The notes below the pieces were generated by a model. That model was not told where the DNA came from, searched no databases, and saw only the letters and a list, made by a program, of their open reading frames with translations. Of a DNA stretch of 64,000 nt, positions 9,633 through 19,669 are shown piece after piece. The position numbers were made by a program, and so were the translations under genes. How positions within the stretch are numbered: position 1 is the stretch's first letter; every line of letters begins with the position of its first letter. The DNA lies in the sequence record SRR2962707_1393, one strand, 5' to 3'.

Positions 9633-10583
9633 CTATAGGCCTTGAATATTTGTGGATTTGCGCGCTGCGCTGCGTTCTAAACCAAGCGCCCGCTCACGGT
9701 AGACGATGAATATGCCCGCACCCACGACGATGGCTGAACCAATAAGCGTTGACCATGTGGGAATATCGGAAAACAACCAATAGCCCAAACCCAACGACAA
9801 TAAGACTGACGTATATTCAAACGGCGCGATGGTAGACATATCAGCAAAGCGATAGCTCTGGGTGAGTGTCACCTGCCCCAATCCACCAAAAAAGCCGGAT
9901 GCGATAAGCAGGGCGATTTGAACGCCGCTCAATGCGGCCCAACCAAATGGTATGGTCAAAAGCGAAAACAGCGTCGCGATGATCGAAAAATACAAAACAA
10001 TCGTCAGCGTTTTCTCGGTTTTGGTCAATTTACGCACCATCACAAAGGCAATTGAACCGACAAATGCTTGGCCAAATGCAGCAAAAACACCCATTGCTTC
10101 TTCATTGCCAAAGCCGCCATGTCCGCGCAGGACCTGCAATTTGGGCCATGAAATAATCATCACACCGATAAAGCCGATGATAACGGCGCCCCAGCGATAT
10201 CGACGCACAACCTCGCCAAGCGCAACCGCGCTAATCACGATCACTAAAAGAGGTCCGGTATATCCCAGCGCCACCGCATCTGGCAGGGGCAGTCTTGTTA
10301 GGCTGTAGAAACCAAGGCCCATGCCTGTCACACCAATGGCAGATCGAATAACATGACTGCCAATATTCTTTGTTTTGAAAATGCCGTTAAATTGATTGGT
10401 CGCGATCAAATAAATGACGATCGGCACAACGGCCCAAAACGAACGGAAAAAAGCGATCTGACCGACTGGCAATTGCCCAGCCAATTTGATGCAGGTGGCC
10501 ATGCCCATGAATGCACACACAGAACTGACTTTTAGAGCGATGCCCAGAAGCTGATTTTGTTGGTCGCTTTGAAGTTCAGTCAT
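9633..10583 (-). CDS. DMT/EamA family transporter
   Basis: ~10 TM helices, two EamA repeats (LGEVVRRYRW, IAPFEYTSV); start reassigned to MTELQS at 10583. Confidence 0.82.
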   Translation of the reverse strand: MTELQSDQQNQLLGIALKVSSVCAFMGMATCIKLAGQLPVGQIAFFRSFWAVVPIVIYLIATNQFNGIFKTKNIGSHVIRSAIGVTGMGLGFYSLTRLPLPDAVALGYTGPLLVIVISAVALGEVVRRYRWGAVIIGFIGVMIISWPKLQVLRGHGGFGNEEAMGVFAAFGQAFVGSIAFVMVRKLTKTEKTLTIVLYFSIIATLFSLLTIPFGWAALSGVQIALLIASGFFGGLGQVTLTQSYRFADMSTIAPFEYTSVLLSLGLGYWLFSDIPTWSTLIGSAIVVGAGIFIVYRERALGLERSAARKSTNIQGL

Positions 10584-10800
10584 GATGCACGTTCCCCTGA
10601 AGGAACCTACCCCTATCAGCCAGCTTGGCCATGCACCAGTTGGTAAATTGTATCCAATACAGATTAATTTAGCCCAATTGCGCCATAATTTTGCGTGAGA
10701 GATCAGAGTTGCAACGCGGCCCACTGGTCATTTTCCGGTCGGTCTAATATAGGCAATAGGACTGACTACACTCACCTCATATTTGTTTCAGGAATAATTT

Positions 10801-13449
10801 ATGCGCACGCAGACCGGTACAGCCATCCATCTCGAAGATTATCGCCCTAGTGATTATTTGATTGAACAGGTGCATTTAACGGTAAAGCTGCATGCGAGTG
10901 AAACAGAAGTCACCGCACAATTACAGATGCGGCGCCGCAAAGGCATCAAAAATAACACACCATTGGTTTTAGCGGGTGATGAGCTTAGCCTCGCCTCACT
11001 GATGATCAATGATAAGAAAGCTAAGAAAACTGACTACGTCGCCAAGGCTGACAGTCTGACAATTTCATCGGTGCCGGCAGATGAAACATTTACGCTTACA
11101 CTGGTCACTAAAATCAATCCGACAGCGAATAAAAAACTAATGGGCCTTTACCGCACGTCGGGCAATTTTTGCACACAGTGCGAGTCAGAAGGCTTTCGCC
11201 GGATAACCTATTTCTTAGATCGCCCCGATGTTCTGGCCATCTATACGGTTCGCCTCGAGGGCGACAAAAAAGCCGAGCCACTTCTATTGTCAAACGGCAA
11301 TTGCGTTGAAAAAGGCGATTTAGAAGACGGTCGCCACTTTGCTATCTGGCATGATCCGCATCCAAAACCATCTTATCTATTTGCGCTTTTCGCGGGTGAT
11401 TTGGGTGTCTTAAAAGATCAATTTACCACCATGTCTGGCCGTAATGTTGCGCTGGAAATCTATGTCGAGCACGGCAAAGAAGCGCGCGCGGCCTATGCGA
11501 TGGATAGCCTAATCCGGTCGATGAAATGGGACGAGGAAGTCTATGGCTGCGAATATGATCTGGACATATTCATGATCGTTGCGGTTTCTGATTTTAACAT
11601 GGGTGCGATGGAAAATAAGGGCCTAAACGTCTTTAATGACAAATATGTTCTCGCCGATCCGCAGACGGCAACGGATGCCGATTATGCCAATATTGAAGCC
11701 ATTATCGCACACGAATATTTCCACAATTGGACTGGAAATAGAATCACTTGCCGCGATTGGTTCCAGCTGTGCCTTAAAGAGGGCCTGACTGTTTTCCGCG
11801 ACCATTCATTCTCCGCTGACCAGCGTTCTGCATCGGTAAAACGTATTGCCGAAGTACGCGGTCTGCGCGCCCATCAGTTCCCTGAAGATTCAGGACCGCT
11901 CGCCCATCCCGTGCGCCCGCGCCAATATTCGGAGATCAATAATTTCTATACCTCGACAGTCTATGAAAAAGGCTCCGAAGTTGTTGGCATGCTGAAAACT
12001 ATTTTGGGTGCTGACGGCTTTAGAAGAGGCATGGACCTTTATTTTGAGCGTCATGACGGTGATGCAGCAACGATTGAAGATTTTCTAAAATGTTTTGCCG
12101 ATGCGACCGGTGAAAATCTGCGCCAATTCGCGCTTTGGTATGATCAAAGCGGCACGCCCAATGTTGCCTTTGAAACGAGCTACAATGCCGATGAAAAGCG
12201 CTTCACCGTTGTGCTCAAGCAGTCGGTCAAATCCATCGCGACAGAAGGCACACCGAAGGCCATGCACATTCCGCTGCGCTTTGGCCTTGTGGGAGAAGAT
12301 GGTTCGGATTTGGCATGGAGCGAGGCGACAGGCGCCGACATAACAGGTGATGTCATCCACCTTAAGAAGAAGCGCCAAGAGATCATTTTTGACGGCGTTT
12401 CAAGCAAGCCTGTTTTATCATTGCTGCGCGGATTTTCTGCGCCGGTCACAACCGTGCCAGGCCGCAGCGAAGCAGACCTCGCCTTTTTAGCGCGCAATGA
12501 CAGCGATGATTTCTCGCGCTGGGAAGCCCTCACCGGCTTGCTTATTTCCCAGCTTCGCCAACAGACTTTGAACATAAAAGCGAACAAGCCGGCCAAAACA
12601 TCGCCGGTATTATTGAAAATCATCAGCGAAATTATTGAAAACGAAAAGCTGGAGGCTGCCTATCGCGCGCTGTGCCTGATCTTGCCAAGCGAGTCAGATA
12701 TCGCGCGTGAAATTGGCCAGGAGATTGATCCCGATGCAATCTTTGAGGCCCGCAATATTGTTCTCAATGATATTGCAAAAGCCTGCGAAGATCAGTTCGC
12801 AGCGCTTGTCGCGAGCCTAGACGTCAGTGGTGCGTTTTCACCTGATGCCGCTTCTGCGGGCCGCCGCGCGCTGCGCAATGCGGCCATCAGTTATCTGTGC
12901 CGAGCAAGAAGCGATTACGCACTTGCGCTAGCGACACTTGAAAGCGCTGACAACATGACAGACCGCGCTGACATGCTGCAAATCTTAGCGCATCAGGCAG
13001 CCGATTTGCCGCAGACGAAAGAAGCGCTAGCAGCGTTTAAGAAAACCTACGAGAAAGAACCAATTGTGCTCGACAAATGGTTTTCAATTCAAGCAACAAC
13101 ACCAGGTGCAGGTTCCTTGGACCTTGTGAAAAAGCTGACCGAAGACGAAAATTTCTCGTTTGAAAATCCAAACCGTATCCGTTCGCTTATCGGCGCGTTC
13201 TGCGTTGGCAATTCCACAGGCTTCAACCGCGCCGATGGTGCGGGCTATCGCTATTTATGTGAAACGGCTGAAAAGCTTGATGCGATTAATCCGCAGGTCA
13301 CGGCACGCCTGATGACAGCGCTGCGTTCATGGCGGACTTTAGAGCCTAAACGGCGCGATCATGCCATCAATGCGCTTAATGCGCTCAGCGCTAAGAAAAA
13401 TCTGTCGCGTGATTTGCGCGACATTCTGGATCGCACATTGGCAAAATAA
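10801..13449 (+). CDS. pepN: Aminopeptidase N (M1 family)
   Basis: GAMEN and HEYFH-x18-E zinc motifs, NPNRIRSL in the C-terminal domain. Confidence 0.96.
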   Translation: MRTQTGTAIHLEDYRPSDYLIEQVHLTVKLHASETEVTAQLQMRRRKGIKNNTPLVLAGDELSLASLMINDKKAKKTDYVAKADSLTISSVPADETFTLTLVTKINPTANKKLMGLYRTSGNFCTQCESEGFRRITYFLDRPDVLAIYTVRLEGDKKAEPLLLSNGNCVEKGDLEDGRHFAIWHDPHPKPSYLFALFAGDLGVLKDQFTTMSGRNVALEIYVEHGKEARAAYAMDSLIRSMKWDEEVYGCEYDLDIFMIVAVSDFNMGAMENKGLNVFNDKYVLADPQTATDADYANIEAIIAHEYFHNWTGNRITCRDWFQLCLKEGLTVFRDHSFSADQRSASVKRIAEVRGLRAHQFPEDSGPLAHPVRPRQYSEINNFYTSTVYEKGSEVVGMLKTILGADGFRRGMDLYFERHDGDAATIEDFLKCFADATGENLRQFALWYDQSGTPNVAFETSYNADEKRFTVVLKQSVKSIATEGTPKAMHIPLRFGLVGEDGSDLAWSEATGADITGDVIHLKKKRQEIIFDGVSSKPVLSLLRGFSAPVTTVPGRSEADLAFLARNDSDDFSRWEALTGLLISQLRQQTLNIKANKPAKTSPVLLKIISEIIENEKLEAAYRALCLILPSESDIAREIGQEIDPDAIFEARNIVLNDIAKACEDQFAALVASLDVSGAFSPDAASAGRRALRNAAISYLCRARSDYALALATLESADNMTDRADMLQILAHQAADLPQTKEALAAFKKTYEKEPIVLDKWFSIQATTPGAGSLDLVKKLTEDENFSFENPNRIRSLIGAFCVGNSTGFNRADGAGYRYLCETAEKLDAINPQVTARLMTALRSWRTLEPKRRDHAINALNALSAKKNLSRDLRDILDRTLAK

Positions 13450-13688
13450 CGTCTTTGCGCGTTGTCGCATTGCAAATGCAGAGTCGATGAGAGCCTATAA
13501 TTGCGCTCACATCGGCAAAAAATGAACAAATTGTAAATTTTATTCATTTCAGGGGTAGACACAGGGAATCACTTTTGATTCATTGGCTACGAATCGTCCT
13601 GTTGCGTTGATGGCGATTAGGTAATCAAAAATGACTAAATAGCCGCGGGGGCGCGGCTGAACGTGCCGTTTGGCGCGAGGGGATCAAT

Positions 13689-15986
13689 TTGTCTTTTGCG
13701 GATCTAAATCGAAGCGAAACCAGAGATATAGGCGGCCATGCTCGTTTCCTAGCTGGCCCCGCTGCTGACGCAATGTCTTGGTTAGAGCCGTATCTAAAGC
13801 GCACAATTCAAGCCCTGATTATGATCTTTCTTTTGGTCTTGTTCTTTCTGCGCGGCTTAGCGCTTATGGCTGAATATGATCAAATTAAGCACACCGGTGA
13901 AATGTTTATTTCGCTGCTTTCCGGCTCTGCACAATACGCCGTCAACCAAGCCGAACAGCGCGGCATGAAGCCGGTGACCGGCACTGATTTTGAACAAATC
14001 CTATTCCGCGAATTACCAGAAGAAGCCACACTATCTGGTAGGTTCATCGCGATTACAGATCAAGCAGGAAAAGTGATTGGCGTTCTTGGGGGTCAGCAAA
14101 ATCTAATTGGATTGACGCTGCCGACACTCATTGAGCGCTCACAAGCGGTGTTTATGTTTGGCCGTGATGCGGGTGTAGAAACACTCGATTTGGCAGACAC
14201 ACCGCACCTTGTCAGCGTTGCGAAAGTGAGCGACGGATTTATTGTGGTGATGCAATCGACCAGCAATTTATTTGCAGGCTGGAAGCGCCAAGTCGCATTG
14301 ACCGTCACCCTGTTTGCGCTGACAGCAACCTTGTTGATCTTGGTGCTCTATGCTTATTTCGGCCAAATCGTTAAACGCCGTGCATTGGAGCAAAACTATT
14401 GCGAAACGCAAAGGCGCGTCGAAACAGCGCTAGCGCGTGGCCATGCAGGCATGTGGGATTGGAACCTTGCCCACGGCCTCATCTTCTGGTCTCGCTCCAT
14501 GTATGAAATGCTTGGCTACGAGCCGCTTGATGGCACCTTGGCCTTTGGCGAAGTTGCGCCGATGGTGCACCCTGAAGATCTGGATCTATTCGCGCTCGCG
14601 CAAAAAGTTGCTGCCAATGAAATCGCTGGCGTGGACGAGATTGTACGTATGCGCCACGCCGAAGGCCATTATGTCCGCCTTCGCTTCCGTGCGGAAAATG
14701 TCGAGCATCCTGTTAATGGCCATCACCTTATCGGTATCGCTGCTGACGTGACAGAAAACTATCGCTTGGCCGTCGAAAATGAAGTTGCAAGCCAAAACCT
14801 AAAAGCTGCGATTGAGAGCACGTCAGAGGCATTTGCGCTTTGGGACAATGATGACAGGCTTGTTCTTTGTAACCAGAAATACGCAGAATTTAGCGGCCTT
14901 GACGCGTCGCAGTTGCAATCTGGAATGGCACGCACTGAGATTTTGGCCAAAGTGAACAAGCCATTGGTTGAACGCCGCATTCCGCGCAAAGATAGCGGCG
15001 GGAAATCGCGCACATTTGAACGTCAAATTGAAGATGGTCGCTGGCTTCAGGTCAATGAACGCCCAACGCTTGCTGGTGGCATGATATCCGTCAGTATGGA
15101 TATTACGCAGCTCAAGCTGCAGGAAGAGCGCCTGATTGACAGCGAACGTCGTTTGATGAAGTCGATTGAAGACGTGACGACTGAACGGACCAAATCTCAG
15201 CTCAAGGCTGTCGAACTTGCTCATCTCAACAGCAAGTACCTTACGGCGAAAGAAAAAGCTGAAGCCGCCTATAAAGCCAAAACTGAATTCTTGGCCAATG
15301 TGAGCCACGAGCTTCGCACGCCACTGAATGCCATTATCGGCTTCTCTGAAATTATGCAATCAGGCATGTTCGGTCCGCTTGGTTCTGAACGTTACGGCGA
15401 ATATGCAAAAGACATTAACACCAGCGGCGCATTTCTACTCAACGTCATCAATGACATTCTCGAAATGTCGAAAATTGAATCGGGTCGCTTGGTTCTGCAG
15501 CGCGAAGAAATCGACATTCGGCCGCTGATCGAAGAAACAATGCAGATGCTTTCGCTCGGCGCGAAAGAGAAAAACATCACGGTTGAAGAATCCATTGCGC
15601 CTTGCCTCACAATCAATGCTGATCGCCGCGCAATCAAACAAGTGCTCATTAACTTGGTCACAAATGCTGTCAAATTTACGGGCGATGGTGGCCGCATTCA
15701 TATCCGTGCAAAAGTGCTTACCAACTCAGTTCAGATTTTGATCGAGGATACGGGCTGCGGCATTTCTAAAAGCGATTTACGCCGCATTGGAATGCCGTTT
15801 GAGCAAGTGCAGAACCAGTTCTGCAAAAACCACACAGGATCTGGACTTGGCCTCGCCATCTCTAAATCACTGGCGAAAATGCACGGCGGCTCTATCACCA
15901 TTCGCTCAAAGATTGGCAAAGGTACCATTGTCTCGCTGCGTATCCCAACGAAAAAAGAAGCGATAGTAGAAGAAATTGAGGCCTAG
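13689..15986 (+). CDS. pleC: PAS-domain sensor histidine kinase/phosphatase PleC
   Basis: 2 TM + PAS domains + FLANVSHELRTPLNAIIGFSE H-box of the PleC/DivJ family; follows pepN as in Rhizobiales; start codon uncertain. Confidence 0.8.
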   Translation: MSFADLNRSETRDIGGHARFLAGPAADAMSWLEPYLKRTIQALIMIFLLVLFFLRGLALMAEYDQIKHTGEMFISLLSGSAQYAVNQAEQRGMKPVTGTDFEQILFRELPEEATLSGRFIAITDQAGKVIGVLGGQQNLIGLTLPTLIERSQAVFMFGRDAGVETLDLADTPHLVSVAKVSDGFIVVMQSTSNLFAGWKRQVALTVTLFALTATLLILVLYAYFGQIVKRRALEQNYCETQRRVETALARGHAGMWDWNLAHGLIFWSRSMYEMLGYEPLDGTLAFGEVAPMVHPEDLDLFALAQKVAANEIAGVDEIVRMRHAEGHYVRLRFRAENVEHPVNGHHLIGIAADVTENYRLAVENEVASQNLKAAIESTSEAFALWDNDDRLVLCNQKYAEFSGLDASQLQSGMARTEILAKVNKPLVERRIPRKDSGGKSRTFERQIEDGRWLQVNERPTLAGGMISVSMDITQLKLQEERLIDSERRLMKSIEDVTTERTKSQLKAVELAHLNSKYLTAKEKAEAAYKAKTEFLANVSHELRTPLNAIIGFSEIMQSGMFGPLGSERYGEYAKDINTSGAFLLNVINDILEMSKIESGRLVLQREEIDIRPLIEETMQMLSLGAKEKNITVEESIAPCLTINADRRAIKQVLINLVTNAVKFTGDGGRIHIRAKVLTNSVQILIEDTGCGISKSDLRRIGMPFEQVQNQFCKNHTGSGLGLAISKSLAKMHGGSITIRSKIGKGTIVSLRIPTKKEAIVEEIEA

Positions 15987-16010
15987 GAAATTCCCAGGCC
16001 TCTTTGATTT
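15978..16010 (+). terminator. Intrinsic terminator after pleC
   Basis: GAGGCCT (15978-15984) / AGGCCTC (15996-16002) stem followed by TTTGATTTT. Confidence 0.6.
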
Positions 16011-16037
16011 TATCTTATTGGCTTTATCAAAGCGCGA

Positions 16038-16565
16038 TTAGTTCCAACCGCGTTTTTTGCCCATTTGTTCGCCGCGCTTACCGTGATCGCCGCGTTCGCC
16101 GCCTTTGTGGTGGCCACGATTTGGCAATTCATCGATCTGAACAAAGCCATCATCGTTCATGTCCATCATCGCAAACATTTTTTGCTGACGGTTTTCTACT
16201 TCGGCTTTGGTCACTTCTTTATTGCCATCAACATCAAAGCGTTTTGCAATACGCATTGCCATGCGCTCACCGCGTTTTGCCTTTTCACCGGCATCAACTT
16301 GGGCTTTGACTTCGTCTTCGGTCACGATACCGTTTTTATCAGCATCGATCGCATCAAAGCGCTCATTCATTTTAGCTGAAAATTCAGCGAAATCTAACTT
16401 GCCATCGCTGTTAGCGTCGACAGTTTGAAACATTTTGGCACGGCGATCTTCGCCTTTACCTGGACCATTTTTACTAGTTGCGTCCTGCGCAAAAGATGCG
16501 CCAACGGTTCCCAGAACTACACTTGCGCCTAAAAGCGCGATCATTGTTTTTTTCATAGCAGACAT
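16038..16565 (-). CDS. Secreted EF-hand calcium-binding protein
   Basis: Signal peptide ending ASFA-QD; four EF-like loops DANSDGKLDFAE, DADKNGIVTEDE, DVDGNKEVTKAE, DMNDDGFVQIDE. Confidence 0.8.
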   Translation of the reverse strand: MSAMKKTMIALLGASVVLGTVGASFAQDATSKNGPGKGEDRRAKMFQTVDANSDGKLDFAEFSAKMNERFDAIDADKNGIVTEDEVKAQVDAGEKAKRGERMAMRIAKRFDVDGNKEVTKAEVENRQQKMFAMMDMNDDGFVQIDELPNRGHHKGGERGDHGKRGEQMGKKRGWN

Positions 16566-16625
16566 TTTATTTTCCTTAGCATCGTTCGTCATCCTGATGC
16601 GAAGTCCTGTTTGCGCTTCCCGACG

Positions 16626-19598
16626 CTAACGCTCCTCCAGTGACAAAATGCGATTGAACACTTGCTCAACCAGATTTTGCGATTCCACTAGACTTACTTC
16701 CAGTTGTTCTATGCTCGGCATATTGGTGGCCGCACATAGGAGTTCCAGAAGCCCTTTTGGTGCTTTTGCAGGGTCAAATTTCTCGGCCGAGCATAGGCTA
16801 ATCAAATGGTTCACCAATGTGAATCGATCTAATGCGTCGAGAAGAATTTGCTTATCCTTGCTATCTACAAACTCTTCGTTCGACACAGCTAATATAGCTT
16901 CGGCGCTACGGGCTTTCAAATTACTGTTTAGTAATTCGCCCTTACAATTTGGTAATGCGGTTAGCATCCAAAACTGGGCAAGAAACTCGATATCGATGAG
17001 GCCGCCGCGCGCTAGCTTTAGATCCCACGCTGATTTGGCAGGTTTATCTTTTAATAGGCGATTGCGCATATCGACAATGTATTGCGCCGTTTTTTTAGCG
17101 TCGCGCTCAAGGCTTATAATAGCTGTACGCTCGCCTTCCATTTCACCCATAAGGCTTTCATCACCGCAAATAGCGCGGGCGCGCGTTAAAGCCATATGCT
17201 CCCACGTCCAAGCATCACCGCGCTGATATTTTGAAAAGGCAGTTAGCGAAGTTGCGAGCGGACCATGATTGCCTGACGGGCGAAGACGGAAATCGACCTC
17301 ATACAGCACGCCTTCGGCCGTAGGAGCCGTCAGGGCTGCGATCAGGCGCTGTGTCACCCTTGTGTAGTATTGTGAGGCCGCAATCGAGCGTGGGCCGTCG
17401 CTTTGGCTGTTTATGTCGGCATCATAGATCAGCAGAAGGTCCACATCGCTGCCGGCGTTCATTTCTTGGCTGCCGAGCCTTCCCATAGCAACAAGGCACA
17501 TACGGGCGCCCTCAATCGTGCCATGGCTGCTCTCTACTTCGCCGACCGCTAAATCCATCGCCTCTTTGAGCAATATATCAGCCAGATCTGACAGTGCTTT
17601 TCCGCTTTGTGAAGCGCCAATTGATCCAGTGAGAAAGCGCACGCCGATTAAGAAGCGCTGTTCATCAGCAAAGATGCGCAAGCGATCAAGACTATCTTCA
17701 TAAAAGCGCGCTTCGCCCAGAAATTCGGTTAGCCGTTCCTGTTGCTCTTGCGGCGTTGGCATGGTTTCAAAAAATGCTGGCTCCAACATACCGTCAAAAA
17801 TTAATGGCCGTTTGGTGATAATATCGGCAAGGCGCGGCGCCGATGATAATATTGCGGTGAGCAAATGTAGCAAATGACGGTTTGAATTGATCATGGACAG
17901 GATGGGCACACCGGCAGGCAAGCCTTGCATCAATTTATCAAAGCGGATCACCGTTTCATCGGCTTGACCCGCCTGCGCAAAACTTTCTAGCAGGCTTGGA
18001 ACCATAGCAGTTAACTGCTCACGGGCTTTTTCTGAACGTAGCGCACGATATCGCCCAAAGTGCCAAGTGCGCACGATTTCCCAGATGTCGCGCGGCCGCG
18101 TGAAACCCATCTGCGTGAGGCTGGATAGTGTATCAGGATCGGCTTCGCCGCCGGTAAATACAAGGCTGCCAAATTGGCCGCTGAGGGTATCGCCGTCCTC
18201 AAAAAGCCCACCAAAGTGCATCTCTACACAGCGCAGTGTTGCCAGTAGTTTGGCGATAAATGCGTCGAGTGTTTCAAAACCCAAAAGACAGGCTATGATT
18301 TGAATATCTGCATCATTGTCTGGCAGCGTGTGGGTCTGCTCGTCACCAACCATCTGCACTGCATGTTCGCAGCGACGCAAGAAATGATAGGCTGGCACAA
18401 GCTCATCGCGCACTTCAGGCGCAATCCACTGCTCATCAACCAAGCGCGATAACATTTCCACGGTGCTGCGGTCACGCAGATTTATATTGCGGCCACCGGC
18501 GATCAATTGCTGCGTTTGAACAAAGAACTCTATTTCGCGAATGCCGCCGCGCCCGAGCTTCAAATTATGGCCATGAATAGCAATCTTGCCGTGGCCTTTA
18601 TGGGCATGGATTTGGCGCTTAATGGATTGCACATCGGAAATGGCGGCAAAATCGAGATATTTGCGCCAGATGAACGGCTTTAAATCGGCTAAGAAACGCG
18701 CGCCCGCATCAAAGTCACCCGCTACTGGACGCGCTTTGATGAACGCGGCGCGTTCCCAATTCTGTCCCCTGCTCTCATAATAGCCAAGCGCAGAATCGAC
18801 ATTAATTGCTAGTGATGTTGCGCCAGGATCAGGCCTTAACCGCAAATCCGTGCGGAAAACATAGCCATCACCGGTACGCTCCTGCATGATGCGCACGAGC
18901 CGGCGGACCATCCGGCTGAGAACTTCGGTTGGATCTTGCCCTTGCGCATATTTAAGCCCTTCAGCTTCTGGCTCAAAATAGATGACGATATCTATGTCAG
19001 AAGAATAATTAAGCTCATAGCCACCCATTTTGCCCATGCCGAGCACAACAAGACCGCTTTGGCTGGATGGATCATTCGGATTCGTAAGTGTGATCTTGCC
19101 AGATCGATGAATATCTAAGAGCAACCAGTTTATTGCGGCTGAAAGGCATTCTTGCGCTAATTGCGATAGGAAAAGCGTTGTTTTCTCGACATCAAATATC
19201 TGCGCTAAATCACCGAGCGCAATCAGCATATGCGCTTCGGTTTTAATTTTCCGCAGCTCAGCCATAAGCTGCGTTTCGCTTAGAGGTTCCTCAACCAAGA
19301 GAAGCTCTTTGGGCTGATCGAGCAATGCGGCGATACGCGCCTCAACGCCCTCATCAAAAAGCACCTCCATTTGGCCGGCAAAGCGAATTATAGCACTATA
19401 GAGGTAGGGAGACAGCGACATAACACTTATTAGGAATTCACCTAGCTCGTCCATGCTTTCGATGCTGGCACATAGGCGCTTTGAACCCGCAGCTTGCGCA
19501 GCATCTAACAACGCGGATTTAGCCCGCGCGTTTGACGTTTCATCGGCGCAATGAATTTTGGCTGGCGGCGCGCCAAACCATGAATTTATCGCTGACAT
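16626..19598 (-). CDS. glnE: Glutamine synthetase adenylyltransferase/deadenylase
   Basis: Two nucleotidyltransferase domains: GMGKMGGYELNYSSDID...DLRLRP and AMGRLGSQEMNAGSDVD...DFRLRP. Confidence 0.95.
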   Translation of the reverse strand: MSAINSWFGAPPAKIHCADETSNARAKSALLDAAQAAGSKRLCASIESMDELGEFLISVMSLSPYLYSAIIRFAGQMEVLFDEGVEARIAALLDQPKELLLVEEPLSETQLMAELRKIKTEAHMLIALGDLAQIFDVEKTTLFLSQLAQECLSAAINWLLLDIHRSGKITLTNPNDPSSQSGLVVLGMGKMGGYELNYSSDIDIVIYFEPEAEGLKYAQGQDPTEVLSRMVRRLVRIMQERTGDGYVFRTDLRLRPDPGATSLAINVDSALGYYESRGQNWERAAFIKARPVAGDFDAGARFLADLKPFIWRKYLDFAAISDVQSIKRQIHAHKGHGKIAIHGHNLKLGRGGIREIEFFVQTQQLIAGGRNINLRDRSTVEMLSRLVDEQWIAPEVRDELVPAYHFLRRCEHAVQMVGDEQTHTLPDNDADIQIIACLLGFETLDAFIAKLLATLRCVEMHFGGLFEDGDTLSGQFGSLVFTGGEADPDTLSSLTQMGFTRPRDIWEIVRTWHFGRYRALRSEKAREQLTAMVPSLLESFAQAGQADETVIRFDKLMQGLPAGVPILSMINSNRHLLHLLTAILSSAPRLADIITKRPLIFDGMLEPAFFETMPTPQEQQERLTEFLGEARFYEDSLDRLRIFADEQRFLIGVRFLTGSIGASQSGKALSDLADILLKEAMDLAVGEVESSHGTIEGARMCLVAMGRLGSQEMNAGSDVDLLLIYDADINSQSDGPRSIAASQYYTRVTQRLIAALTAPTAEGVLYEVDFRLRPSGNHGPLATSLTAFSKYQRGDAWTWEHMALTRARAICGDESLMGEMEGERTAIISLERDAKKTAQYIVDMRNRLLKDKPAKSAWDLKLARGGLIDIEFLAQFWMLTALPNCKGELLNSNLKARSAEAILAVSNEEFVDSKDKQILLDALDRFTLVNHLISLCSAEKFDPAKAPKGLLELLCAATNMPSIEQLEVSLVESQNLVEQVFNRILSLEER

Positions 19599-19669
19599 GT
19601 GCTTTCCCCCATTTGAGCGCGCCGCGATGAGAATCGCGACGTCATGCCCTTAAGAATAAGACATCATCA

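Noticed and set aside
15985-15995. GGAAATTCC as another copy of the GTA/gafY operator
   Set aside because: Spacing is wrong (GGAA-N1-TTCC) and it lies inside the pleC terminator hairpin.
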